A stretch of 64,000 bases of DNA from Hydrolagus affinis (Eukaryota): NCBI GenBank assembly GCA_012026655.1, contig JAAILG010000063.1, positions 1 to 64,000 of the forward strand. The letters are read 5' to 3'. Under the pieces are notes generated by a model. The model saw nothing but the letters and a program-made list of their open reading frames with translations, searched no databases and was not told the DNA's origin. This document shows, in pieces, positions 1 to 13,372 of this stretch (its first letter is position 1; each line of letters opens with the position of its first letter). The translations under genes were made by a program, and so were the position numbers.

Positions 1-130
1 GGTAGGGACGGTGCCTGAGGAGAGGGAAAGGTTGATGGTGTCAGAAATGAGCGGGGCCAAAAGGTGGAGCTGGGTGCGGAGGAGGGGGGTGGGGATGGGG
101 TCCAGTGAGCACGTGGTGGGTTTCATGGAG
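1..130 (-). mobile_element. L2 ORF2 fragment
   Basis: Reverse strand reads MKPTTCSLDPIPTP, similar to 42880-43010. Confidence 0.7.
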
Positions 131-2094
131 GTCTCAATTTCAACGTCTCAATGATGTGATAAAGCGCTATGCCAAATGCAAGGATTACTACCAAACATGT
201 AATTACTTTTCATTGTATAAATACTGTACTGATATCAATTATCTTGTGGAGAATTTCTCAATCCAAATCACCAAGTAAAACATTTCCAAATGTCTGAGTG
301 GTTTAAAACCTTTTTGTAATTGTAAACCTTGTTGATTTGATATACAATTTTGATCTGTTTTGTTTATTCAGATTTAATCAGAATTTACAGCAAAACAGAA
401 ACATGAATCCTGCCTATCCTGCTTTTTCATCACATTAAGAATCTATTTTAAAATCTAGTACAAAAAAGTCAAACCTTTGCACATAATAGCATAAGCCTGT
501 CTTTTTCTACAAAAATGCAGTAACAACACATTACAATAATAAAAATCCTTGTATTTGGTACAGTAAATCCAGTGAGGTACTTTGTGACATGCTTCTGATG
601 CGAAGGGCCTGTATCAATTGGAAGGATTGTTATTATATAAGCACAACATATCCACATAAAATATTGTGGCCTCTTTATAAAAAACTTTTTCCATGAATTT
701 TAAGAGTGGAAGTGGAAAAATACTGCGTGTCAACAGGAGGCTGGTTGGATGGCTGAAAATGACAGTTTGTTGGGCCATCATGGGTGTGGTTTTTCATCCC
801 CTTTCTATTTGTGAATCAGCCTATAGCCCAAGCCATAGAATGCTTTGACATGGATTCACTATCTTGTTATGAATATAAATGGTATTTTGCCTGCTCAGTA
901 ATTTCACAGAAGAAGTTTAGAAGGATGAAATACAGAATGAACTTTGAAGTAAACCTAAATGCACAGCAGCATAATCTGCATCTGAAAGAAAGTTTATATT
1001 TGTTGTGTGAACCTACCCTTTCTTCTTCTTTCAAGTGTGTTTCAATCTATGATTCTTTTCAAAGCATTTTTATGTCCAATTCCCAGCATTCAGTCTTTCT
1101 ATTTATTTCTACAAATAAATGTTAGTTTTGAACCTTAGTTTGAGTTCATGATTGACCAGCTGTTCCGCGAGCAATGCAGAAAGTTACATTATTCCAGCTC
1201 AGCAAAAGGTTCATTTAGATGTGCACTTTGGTTTTTAAAAAGAGAAATAATAGTCTTTGCATTTGGTATTGTGCCTTATCAGACCAAAACACTTCACAGA
1301 GGTTTTCTGTCAAGTGCAATGATTGTGTATGTGTAGACAACATAACTTAAACTCTTTGCAAAATAAAGTGTAGCATCAGATGAGCTTTTATTCAATTTAA
1401 TATGAAAAATATTGTATGGCTACTTTGAAGAGTTGTAGGGATACTGATCAATTTCCATAAAGTGCAATAATATAATGATCCTTGCATTTTACATAGCACC
1501 TTATCATTTCATCAAGACATCTGAAAGCACAAGATTTGCTGTGAAGTGTGATAACTGTATTTGCAGGCAGGCCAACGAAGCAGCCAATTTGTGAACAGCA
1601 ATGTCCCACAAACAGCCATGAAGTAAGTGAATGACCAATTTTATCTGTAGATTATTGGCCAGACACTGGGAGAATCTCCCTTCTCTTTTCAAGTAGTACC
1701 ATGGGATTTTCATCGTTCGTTACCATTGAATGTAGATGCCAAGTGAGCATACTCACAAGAGATGTAGAAAAATTTGGGCACCAGCCATGCACTTCCTGAC
1801 AGCAAATGTGTCATTGGCAATGGACCTCGAGCATGATTTGGGTCTATTGTTCTCAGCCAAGAAAAGTGTGTGGTTTGAGATGCAAAGTAATTTTAAGAAA
1901 AACTTACATAGAATATGGCAAACAATATACAGCTGCCTACCCAAAAGTAAACTAGTGCACATGGTGTTTATTCCATTAAGGGTTATTCTGGTTAAAGGTT
2001 ATTGCTAGTGGTAAGGAACTAATGTTGTTGTGCTATAAATCGGCTATCTAGTTACACTCCTTTTTCTTGAGTCTACCACCAGCAGAGATGAAAT

Positions 2095-2300
2095 GAATAG
2101 GCTGTAACTCATCATCTCCTGCCCTCCACTCCATTTTCTCCTTTGTCTTTCTTGCCCTGCCTCCCTTTTCTCATAATCCTTAAAACCTCTCCCTCCCAAC
2201 ATCCCTGAGTTCTGACGAAGGGTAATGGCCCCGAAATGTTGACCCATTTTTGTTTCTCCATGGATGTTGCCTGACCTGCTGAGTGTTCCCAGCAATCTCT
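2095..2300 (+). mobile_element. Penelope-like 3' end fragment, same family as 39040-39245
   Basis: Shared cctctccctcccaacat..gttctgacgaagggt..gaaa..gcctgacctgctgagtgtt.ccagc. Confidence 0.8.
2206..2246 (+). ncRNA. Second, more degenerate hammerhead-like motif
   Basis: UGAGUU-CUGACGA-agggtaatggcccc-GAAAUGUU-GACCCA. Confidence 0.45.
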
Positions 2301-5173
2301 ATTTTGGTTTGAAATGCGTAGGGGTCTATTCCAATGCTACCCTGCATGAATGGTGCCATATAATCCACGTCGTTCTTGTTTATTGCCACTAAAAAGTCCC
2401 GCAACTGAAGAAAGCATGATTTAGAGTGGTTGTCTAACTTCATTTTTAATGATGGAATTGCCGTGCAAGTGAAATGTTATATCCTGAGGTCCCATCTCAC
2501 TGCTCAAGTGGACTTAAAAGTCCCATAGCACTGTTTGAAATGAGAAGGGAGTTTCTCCGGGCCAACATTCTACCAGATAAAATTGATCATTCACTTCATG
2601 GCAATTTGAAGTGCACAACTTGGTTGCCATGTTCCCTACAAAATACAGTCCCTCCACTTGACAGTATATCCTGTGTGCTTTGAGACATCATCCCACTGTG
2701 AAAGGTGCTATATCAAATGCAAGGATTATTGTTAAGTAAAGTTATTTGGCCAACACAAGTTGAAAAATGTGCGTTAAAATGTGTAAAATCTGCTTGGCTG
2801 ATATATATGAAAATATGGGGAGGAATTAGGTTATTGTGTGTTTCCATCCAGTAAAGATATATACCAACAATAAATCTGCTGTTGTCTAACTCAGGGAATA
2901 TTGTATCCAATATAGTTCTGAATAAAGCTGTCAGTGAAAGTTGAGAAGAATACTTGAGCTAATTCGAAATGCATGTAAATCATGTTGAGTTTAAATTTCC
3001 TGCTGTCACAATGCTCAGTTATGTTCTTTTTTCAGTTTTGAAAAATAATTTTGGAAGATGATTTTGTATCATGTTGTATCTTGATGTCCGAACTATATTG
3101 CTGCTTGAATAATTGCATCTGAATCTATGTATATACCCACATTTTGATTAGAAATAAATTGACCACGATTGTTAGATGTTTTCATCCTCTCTTGGGCTCA
3201 GTTTAAATATTTCTATTGGAATGCTTCTAGCACTGCTTCCTGAATTTACTGTTGAATTGTTTTCCCTTGGTATGTTTTTTTAAAAATCTCCCATGGTTCT
3301 TTAAAACCCTCAAAAGTCAGGCAGGTCTGTTTTTTAGTTTTTAAATGTGCTAATGAATGCCATGCTCAACAAGTGTTTTTTTTTATAGAGGGAATGAATG
3401 CCACAATGTGAAATAAAATTGCTGCCAAATGATTTTTTTTATTTGGAAAATTGTAGCACTTCTCTCATATGTTTTGTATGAAACTGGAAAATATTACTCC
3501 TCAGTGGAATATGTCTGTTTTAACTTTCAAATTGTAGACATTTATTGTGAAACATTCTTAACTTTGTTCATACTCTATTAATTTCTAGCCCTTTTTTTAA
3601 AATGTGTTAGTCCTTTTGCTTTTTAAAGAAATATATTGACATTTGTAAAAAGAACACCAATATTGCCCTTTTTCTTGCACTGGGGCTAACATTAATACTT
3701 GGTGTAAACTTTTAAAATATCTTTAAATCTATTTTCTCTAAAGACTGATTTAACTTCATAAAGAAAATTGCTTTATTGTTGAAGAGCATTTCTTGGAAGC
3801 CTTGTAGAATGCAAAAAGGCACTAAAGCTTCAATGCTTCGTTTGTTCCATTGTGGTTTGTATCTGAAAAATATCAGCTAGAAGCCGTATTAAGATCCAAT
3901 TCTTTTCCCCAGGCCCTGATTTTGGTTTCCCGTAGCTCTGATCTCACTTGTAGCTACTACATTATTTCACTTTCTCCATTAGCTCTTTTTATGATACCAA
4001 AGTTTCTCCTCTTTGCTATTCCATGCATAAAATATTTCAATTGCACTAAATCCTTGCTAATATTGTGCTGTCCTATAAATAGTTATTATCTTAGCATTGA
4101 AAATAATCAAAACTCCTCCAGGACTTAAAATCTATTCTATAAACATTGTCCTGCAGTATGAAGATGACTAAGCAATCTAAACAGAAATAACTGAACACAA
4201 TCTGGTATGATTTTATATCATTAAAAAGTTAAATTCAACACAATTAAAATAAAACATAATGTTACTAAAGCTATTATTCATGTTAGCTCCAGTGTAATAT
4301 ATAGTGTAACGTAGAAAGTAGGGACACTGAGCCCCTTGAGCCTATTCCACCATTCTGTAAGATCATGGCTGTACTGTACCTCAACTGCAATTACCCGCCC
4401 TTACCCCCATATCCCTTGATAACCTGAGCTAACAAATATCTATCCAGCTCAGTCTTGATAATGTGAATGGATCCAGCATCCACAGCCTTTTGGTGTGGAA
4501 ATCCAGAAAGACCCTTTGAGTGAAAAACTGCCTCCAGATTTCACTATCAGGATACAATAGTTATCGTGATTATCCAAATTGCAGGCAAAAACTGATTATG
4601 TATACCATTATACATGAAGTTGACAAATTATAAATCTGACCATGGCTGGTTAAGGTGAAATGATCTTCTATAGTTCAATAGCCTTTTAATTGAAATATTG
4701 TGGCAGTAGAGTGTGTGACAAAGGAAACGTGTTGTGCTTAAACTTTATTTTGATTGAACTCACATTCTGTGATGAACTGCACAAGAGTTTCTCCTGGTGA
4801 CCTGACCGACAATCCCCTGGAAAAAATTGTTCGTTCATTCGTTTGTAGGACATTGCTGTGCCTGATTGTGCCGCCGCGTTTGCCTACAAATACACAGTCA
4901 ATCCATTTCAGAGTAAATCCTCTGAAGAAATTTGGACGCCCTATCGACATCTAAAGCAAAGTGTAGCAAATAATGCGCTGCTTTCTAATCCATTCATTAG
5001 GCATTCTAACTGTTGCATAGTACAACAACATCAACATATAATATTTGATAGATCGTATCGTAAATTGTGAGAGTATGAATCAATTTTATTATGTCCAAGC
5101 CACAAAAATAGTTGCCAACTATCGCCTCTGGATTTGATTTATTTTTATAACGATGTTTCCGCTTGCTGCACAG

Positions 5174-5338
5174 GATGAGAATGATGAGGGAGAATGTCAT
5201 GGCAACTTTTCCATGGACCCTCAGCTGGAGAGACAAGTGGAGACCATCCGCAACTTGGTGGAGTCCTACATGTCTATCGTTAACAAGACAATCCAGGATC
5301 TCATGCCCAAGACGATCATGCATCTTATGATAAACAAT
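5174..5338 (+). CDS. DNM3: Dynamin-3 internal exon (PH-GED linker and start of GED): [55 protein letters not shown]
   Basis: cag acceptor at 5171-5173, gtgagt donor at 5339; 165 nt, phase 0/0; classic dynamin motif [27 protein letters not shown]. Confidence 0.95.
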
Positions 5339-5526
5339 GTGAGTTTTATTCTGCTTCGGTAAAACAATTAAGTAAAAGCATATTTAGATATTCAATTTTT
5401 TTTGAGTACGGGTTTTGTTTTTGATCAAAGTTTACCATAAGTCTCCAGACTGAAGGCCAAAAAATGTTTCCATCTTGTAAAATTGCTGTTGTACTGATTA
5501 ATGTGCTGGCTTTACCTTACCCTCGT

Positions 5527-5850
5527 GGAGTTCCTGTAGCTCAGTGGTTAGAGCACTCACCTTACAAGTGTGAGACCTGTGTTCGAATCCAGGCAGGTCA
5601 GGGCGAAACCTTGGGCAAGATTCCTTACTCCACACGCCTAATAATAATCCCTCCAAAAAAACTACAATAATAAATTGGTCATTTCAATCCACGACTGTTT
5701 GTGGGACACTGCTGTACACAGTTGGCTGCCGCATTTCGCCCACAAATATAGTCAATTCACAATTTACAATATATTGTGTGAAGCGCTTTGAAACATCGAT
5801 AACATGTGAAAAGCGCTATACCAAATGCAAGGATTAATATTATTATTATT
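5527..5850 (+). mobile_element. Full-length tRNA-derived SINE with Deu-like core and L2-type tail
   Basis: A box (tagctcagtgg), B box (gttcgaatcc), core tgtttgtgggac..ctgtgcgcaattggctgcc-type, tail aagcgctat..aaatgcaagg(att)n. Confidence 0.85.
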
Positions 5851-8800
5851 TATATTACCAAGACATTTGGCTGTGGGAGGAGTAGCTAAATCTCTACTAA
5901 AATGTGTTTTTCATGGACTTCCATCCTCTCCCTTTTCATTGCTCTGATACATAGAGAGTTGTGTCCCTCTACAAATGTGGGGTAAAGAGGTCAATGGCCA
6001 ACAGGTTTCGATATTTCCCCTGCAAACCAAGTTGCACTCTCAAATGATGGGGCCTAATTTGATGTGGCCTCACTATGTTAATCTTTCAGGAGCTCGTCTG
6101 ACGTCATCTTTATGAAACAGTCCAAGACATTAACTTACATGATGGACGTTAGGTAAATGGAGTGAACAAAAGTCACACAAATGTTGAAGTCTGGGTCCAG
6201 GGTGCAGAAATAACAAAACAGATTAATTCATTCAAATTGGTTGTTTCCTTTCTCTGCCTTCAAACTCTTTGAGAAGTCTGGATGACTTAAAACGTGTTGA
6301 TGGCTGTTGTATTGAATACAAGAATTATAATTAGCTACAAAGAAGCAACGTAAACTTTTCCAGAATCTGTGTTTTCACATTATGCTGAAAATCATATAGT
6401 TACCTTCTACATCACTAAGTTTTTGACAATATTTGAGGTATAGGTTATAAGCTTTGCTATTTGGATTATAAAGGTCAATGACAGAGATCAAGATGCAAGG
6501 AACTTCACAAATGCTAGACTTGAGCCACTGAAAAGCTTTTGACTCATTTTAATTGACCACAGAAATAGTGGGAGATTTTCTGAAATGTATTATTGATATA
6601 GCTCCCACCTAGCACTTCTTTCTGTGTGCACCCATATAATTGGAAATTCCTTATTACTTGTGAACATATAGGGATGAATTAATGACCATGTTGAATGTAT
6701 TTTAAAAAAAAGCACGCCTCCTCCCCTCGAACTTTGTGGGCTTTGATTATTTTTCTTTAAAAAAATTCCTCCCTGAATTATTACATGTAAAATGCTCCTT
6801 TTATATCCTATTATATATAGTGCGATTGTCGCTACCTACTTATTAATAATCCTTGCATTTGATATAGTAACTTATCACCTGAGGTTTCTAGAAAATGTAG
6901 TTACTGTATATTGGTAGGCGAATGGAGCTGCCAATTTGCTCACAACAAGTAACTATGAAATGAATGACTACTTTAAAAAAAAAATCTAGTTGATTGTTTG
7001 GTTTTGACTTTTATAAACCTATGGTAAAGGCAGCTGTAGTTTCCTTAAAATATTTAATATAAAGTGCATTCACCATTTAAGTTGGAGAATGCCTGACTGG
7101 ACACATCTCCCTTTTGCTTTCAACAAATTGATTTATTAGTTGAATGTTGAAATGTCTGAATATTGCCAGTGGGAAAAACTCCCTTTGCAATCAGGGTTGG
7201 AAAAAGGCTGCAATGTAGACTGTTTATCTTCTGCCAACTGTTGGCAAGACAGAAAATTACTTCTTATATTTTTGTCCGGTAAGGTAGTGACTACTCCACA
7301 AATAAGATTGTTAGACTTTCCTTCCCTCCTGATACAGTTATTCAATTCAAATGATGGTTAAACACGTAAATTGAGTTGTGTAGAGCCAGGAAGTAATGAA
7401 CCAAGTTTTGATAACTTTGGAGAGACCTCTTATTCAGACTAGCTCAAAGTGTGTTTAGACTTGACCATCATTTACTTCTACAACACTTTGATGCATTCAA
7501 TTTGATTGCAGATACAGACCTGAAATCACAAAGGAAGGAGTGGTATGTAAAACTACACAAGAACAAGGAATGGCATGTATCTGATGATATGTCTCATTCA
7601 TTTGGAGTGTGATAGGGGTAGAAGTAAAGAACATTCAGTAAAAGATACACCAGCATTGATCTGGGTATCAATAGATGATGAAATACATGTAAACTAGAAA
7701 CAGCGAATTTGTTTTTCTCTTACTGTAAACTTGGATTTAGAAAGAGTTTAGAAAGCTACTGTTCAATTATGGAACTAGAATTTAGTGGCATATATGTGGA
7801 TCAGACCTTTCTGAGAATATAGATAAATCCAGGACTTTAATAAGTTTTGAAACTTCAAAACCTATTGAATTTGTGGGATTATCTCAGGTGATATTATCTC
7901 AGGTGAATGCTATTCATAGCATTCAAGCTTTCTGAAGAAAATAAATCTAAATGCTCAGATGAAATTTAAGTATTGTGCATTTGAGAACCAAATGAAAACT
8001 TAGCAACTTTTGGGGTTTTCCTTGATATTTTATGCAAATCCCTATGTAGTTAATTCAACCATAACAAACATTGTGTGTCTGTGTAATGTCTGTATGAAAA
8101 GGTATTCACAGTTTGGTTTGCCGGTTCCTCTCTACTTTTTCATTTTAATGCAGATATAAATCTGAATCCTGTGCGTCCTCTATAAATGTCACTGGAGTGA
8201 ACATGATAGTCAGGTTAAATATGTATTAAATGAAAATCACACTATGTCCCTTTAAAATGCTTTGATGTCTCTCAAAGTGAGTTTACATCACAAGTTCAGT
8301 TTTAAAGCTTACCAAGTTAACATCAGTAAACAGTAAACAGTTGGCTGTTGAGTTTTAGATGAAATCATTCAAGTCTTATTGTCATACTACCGATGACTTA
8401 TTCGCAAAGTGATTCAATTTCAAAATAACATTGGCTTATTTCCTATTAACTTTCTCTCACTTTGATTACCCACCTTGATAATTAAGAGTCTTGAAAAAGT
8501 AATTGAAATCCTTGGAACAACAACAAAATACAACAAAATTACATTTATAGGGCGCCTTTCACGTCGGGAGGACGTCCCCAAATAGTGTAGACGGTGAAAC
8601 TACTGCCTGAAGTGAAGTTGAGCCATAAATGCAGACGCAGAGAGCCATCGGGATCATTTTGTTGCGTATGCTATGTCGGTAGGTGTGGTCTAGAGAACTT
8701 TGATCTGCTTCCCGATCCTCTCCAAGGTTCTTTCAACAATTCGACTTTGCTGGGATTTTGGAGTACACAAAGTCCAGCATTATGCAATTTAGTATTGACC

Positions 8801-11057
8801 ATTTGAAGAAAATATTTAGAATTTGCTAGCTCCTAAAAGCTTTTTAATTCAAAATTACTTTCTTGTTCATACAGTCACTTCCCGAGAAGACATTCTGCTT
8901 TATTTGAGTCAACATAGTCACAAAGGAAATGTTAGCTTTTCTATGCAGGTTGTGAGGGAAAACATGTAAGCGGATGAAAAAAACTATTGTTTAATTGCAG
9001 CTTGCTGCAGTCTTTGAAATTGAGATCGCCCTCTCGTCTCCCCTTCTCCCCACCACTCATCTCTGTTTTTGATATGCTTCCTCTCCGCTTTATTCATCAA
9101 GGTTTACAGATGCTTCCATTCTCTTCCTGTTATTTAATTTGAATCATTTGCTGTTATGGTCACTGCTTAAATCTTTTAAAAAAAAATAATGCACAAGACT
9201 TAGAAATATATAAAATTATAATTGGCATTAGAGAGATTGGGAAGGAAGATATCACAACCAAATGGAATCTTTTATTTTAAATTTAAGTTTATGATGTTTC
9301 CAAGCCACAGGAACCACTGGTAAGATTCTGGCATTGTTACTTTTGTCTGAAACTAGCCTGTCTTATTTCCAGGATTTTTGCATTACATTGTCGGCAAAGA
9401 TATTCTGTGCATATCATGTTGTATCCCACTAGTCATTCAAAAATTCCTAAGATAAAATTGAAAACCAAGATGAAGGTAATGCATCACTGAAAAGAGAATT
9501 TGCAGGTAAACAGACCTGTAAGGAAGTAAAGAAGGAAACTTGCCTATGGTTTCACCCCACCTGGGAATTGAACACAGGTCCTCTTGACTTACCACTACAC
9601 TACAGGACTCCCATGTAGCATAGTGGTTATTTTAGGATTACAGTAGGAAAGATAATGGTTGGAGTTAAGCAATATAGGTATAAAATAAAGTCAAACGGTT
9701 GGTGAGAGGAGAGTAATTGCTGGAGATCTGAGGAGGAGAAAGAGCTGCACTTTTTACACTATTTTACACTGAAAGTTTGAAAGGGAGGAGAAAGGCCTTT
9801 CAGAGTTGGTGAGGTGGCTACAGCATTTCCACAATGCTTCATACTTTTGGAAGTTATGGAAATAAAGCTGCCTCTGTACTCTGAGTAGTTTTACTGTTAT
9901 GTTGGGGGTTCGTGTCAGTACCACAGCGTTTGAACTGGAAACATAAACTGTCCAGATTAGGAAACCTAGGATTTCCTGAAACTGAAAACCATCTGAGGCC
10001 TAGTTTAGGTTCCCAGAATTATAATGAGGAGGTGCTGCTATCAGGTCGGTTCTCCTGATGATTCACCCATTATTTATACAAATATACAGTAGTGTGTTTC
10101 CCTTGATGAAGAGTATAACAAATGGTGACTGAAGCGAAAATACAATTAATGGAGACTGAAAATGGGGACCGGTTATCAAACTGCTTGACTTTCATGATAT
10201 TTTTCAGGTTTTTGCCAGCTCTATTTCATTTCAGGCCTGAACTTCAGTTTCCTTGTGGGCTGCATAAACTAATGCTCTGTGATTAATGAAATGATACGAC
10301 TGAGTTGGCTGGCTATAAACTAGACTCTAAGCAGCTGATTGCATGGCCCAACACTGCCAGAGAGGTCGGGTGCAGATGGAACACTCCTGTCTCACCACTA
10401 CTGGGAAGATAAAGCCGGGTTAAGCTGATTCAATTAGGTTACTTCACAAAATTGTGATTATGTTGCTACTCCCAATAGGTAGAGAATCGTAGCTGTTCAC
10501 TAACAATGCTGCATTAAACTTGAATAGTTTTTTTCCCTCATGGTTGGTGCCAATATAAACTCCCAAAAAAGGCACGGAAAGGTTACCATGAAAAACCGTG
10601 TAAGAGGACAAGGCAGACTGGACACTGGTCTTTGGAGCTACCTTTAATTTCACTGTATATATCCTAACAGGAAGTGAACTTGTAAGGCAGATAGATTGAT
10701 TATTTTTATACCCAGGCGCTTGGCAGAAAACTGATAAACTTTGCTTTTATAGAGAGCAGCTGTACAAAAATGGGCAGCTTTTGATTCAAATGTCTCGCCT
10801 CTGAATGGAATCCCTTTTCTCCACACTGTTGAGAGCTACCAGCTTCATTCGGGAACAGATTTTATCTTAACGTATTAATAAAAGAGTAAACCTATAAACA
10901 CTATAAACACAGATGACTGTATTAAGTTTGTACTTTCCACTATAAATAACTTGACAGAATGTAGATATGTGGTCCAATCTTAGATACATTGAGTGATTTG
11001 ATTTTGAATTAGACAAGTGTAACATATGACTGAAACTGCTCTCATGATGCTCCACAG

Positions 11058-11284
11058 GCTAAATATTTCATCAATGCAGAGCTTTTGGCCAGTTTGTACT
11101 CCACCGAGGACCAAAACACCTTAATGGAGGAGTCACCTGAGCAGATCCAACGTCGTGCTGAAAGTCTCCGCATGTACCATGCCGTCAAAGAAGCACTAAA
11201 TATTATTGGAGATATCAATACCAATACAGTTACCGTCCCTCTGCCACCTTCAGTGGATGGCTCTTGGTTACAATCTGGATGCAG
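11058..11284 (+). CDS. DNM3: Dynamin-3 exon (GED): [75 protein letters not shown]
   Basis: cacag acceptor, gtacta donor; 227 nt, phase 0/2; [10 protein letters not shown] fits DNM3 better than DNM1/DNM2. Confidence 0.95.
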
Positions 11285-12566
11285 GTACTACTGCTAGAAT
11301 GATTACTTTTGTGACAACTGTACGTCTGTTTGTCTCCGACTAAAACTTTCCTTTATGAACTCTGTTCATCTTTTCACATATATCATTGTAAGGGAACTCA
11401 GATTTGTGGAAGTTTTTTTTTACACTTAAGAGGAAATGAGGATAGGAATAAGTAGATTCCCATGGTTAGAAGGATGAATATAATGAGTGGATAAACTGCA
11501 GTTTTTCAGCTTAAAAGAGGAATGCCTTTGAGGGTATCCTCTAGTCTAGAGCTACATGGGATTCTTAATGGGACATAAAAACTGAACATAGAAGAATACT
11601 TGAAGATACACCACATCAATAGGATCACACAGCAAAGGTTCATAACTATGTTAAGACTAATACTAGAAAATACTTCTTCACACAGAAGTTAATTAACAAG
11701 GGGAAAATGTTACCAAAAAGGATGGTTGAGGCTAGGTCACTGAACTCTTTTAAGGAAAAGTTTGAAGTAGGCATATAGGTTATTCTGCAAAGATGAAATC
11801 AAATGAGCACAAACAAGGAAAAAAGACATTTGGCACATCAAAACCATTCTCCATTCTTTCCACACACCATTTACAATTCATTACTTCGTGGATCTTGGCT
11901 ATTTCATTTATTCTTCTGAGGAAAGGCATCTGCAGAATCTTCCTATTCTTCCAAAAGGTAAATCATATAAAAAGCTCCAGAAAATCTATCTAACTTTATA
12001 TTCTACATTATTCACTGTTGGCTAGTTAACTTTCTTGGCAACATAGCAGAAGTAGAATCATTATTTTCCACACATGATTTGGATCATGTGTTCTTATCCT
12101 AAAAATTTTCATTCTTGTTCATGTTCATCCAACTCTTTTTTCAAACAAAGCTATTAATTGACGCATCAGTAATGGTCTTGCCTAGATAAGTGTTCATGTA
12201 TATACAGATCTACTTATTCTTATTCTCATTGCTCTTAAATGTAAAGTGTGTGTGTATATATTTGAAAAAAAGTCTTGCCTGAGCTTAATGTTGTATTCAT
12301 GTCCTCCTATTCAATCATAATAGTTTAAGTTAAATAAACTGTTTGGAGCTAATATACTTTCAGCACCCTGCGAATGTATCTTCTGCCCCATGTGGATGCT
12401 CATTTAAGATCATTGCAATATAGATACAGGGCATAAAAATGCTGTTGTTCATTTATTTTGTTTACCGAAAAGAGAATAGTGTTTAATATGGTTGTGCCTC
12501 GATGTGATAAGAGAGTAACAATTCTAAAGCAAAGCATAATTAATATAGATTGTAATTTATTTGCAG

Positions 12567-12800
12567 ATCTCCACCTTCTAGTCCTACATCTCAGCGCTGG
12601 CATCCAGGGTCTGCTTATCCATCAAGCAGACCATTTGCTGGGCGAGGCCATGCCCCAGCCGTTCCTTTAGCAGGAGCTCCTCCCATCCCATCCCGCCCTG
12701 GCCCACTCCCTCCTTTCTCCAATTCCAATAGTACTGATCCATCTGGAGCTCCCCCATACATCCCTTCAAGGTCAGCACGTCCTGCTCCCAGCATCCCAAG
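12567..12800 (+). CDS. DNM3: Dynamin-3 proline-rich domain exon: [11 protein letters not shown]...[42 protein letters not shown]
   Basis: ttgcag acceptor, gtaagc donor; 234 nt, phase 2/2; open frame resembling the DNM3 PRD. Confidence 0.93.
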
Positions 12801-13117
12801 GTAAGCTGTTAACTTGAACTGTAGACACTTTTTTTCATGGCTGTGCACTCTTTCTGAATCTCAAAGTAGATTTGCAGTGCTTCCACTCATTCATTTATCC
12901 ACAGTTTTGGATAACATCAATTTATCTTGTATCTGTGCAGTAGGATAGATCAGTCAAGTAATTTTGTAAATACTGTATATAGTTAACTTTTGAGACAGGA
13001 GATGATAGGTTTATTTTGTTGGGTTCTCTAGTGCTTGAAATCATGGTTTATAACTGATGGTAATTTCAGGAGATTTTGGCTGAACGTAAAACAAATATGT
13101 AACCACTAGTATGAACT

Positions 13118-13372
13118 TAAGAACATAAGAATTAGGAGCAGGAGTAGGCCATTTGGCCTCTTGAGCCTGCCCCACCATTTTATAAGATCATGGCTGATCT
13201 TCTGACCTAACTAATTACCTGCACTATCCCCATATTTCCTAATCCCTCTATTTTTAAAAAAATCTATCAGTCTCAGCCTTGAAAATGTTCAAGGAATGAG
13301 CATCTACAGCCTTCTGGAGTAGTGAATTCCATTAATTCACTACCCTCTGAGTGAAGAAATGTTTCCTTAACT
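13118..13372 (-). mobile_element. CR1-clade LINE 3' end (relatives at about 4310-4545, 51655-52200, 55448-55620 and 61730-61860)
   Basis: aagaacataaga..ggagtaggccatt..gagcctgc..gatcatggctgatc signature. Confidence 0.7.

Noticed and set aside
1-5173. miR-199/miR-214 (DNM3os) cluster expected antisense in DNM3
   Set aside because: No mature miRNA sequence recognised; the cluster lies in an earlier intron, upstream of this window
5527-5600. tRNA-like sequences at 5527, 9550, 37492, 43761 and 53930
   Set aside because: They are SINE heads: no intact cloverleaf or acceptor stem, and most run directly into the SINE body
7878-7906. Short direct repeat attatctcaggtga x2 and other short repeats
   Set aside because: Simple slippage duplication; no CRISPR-like or array structure in this eukaryotic window
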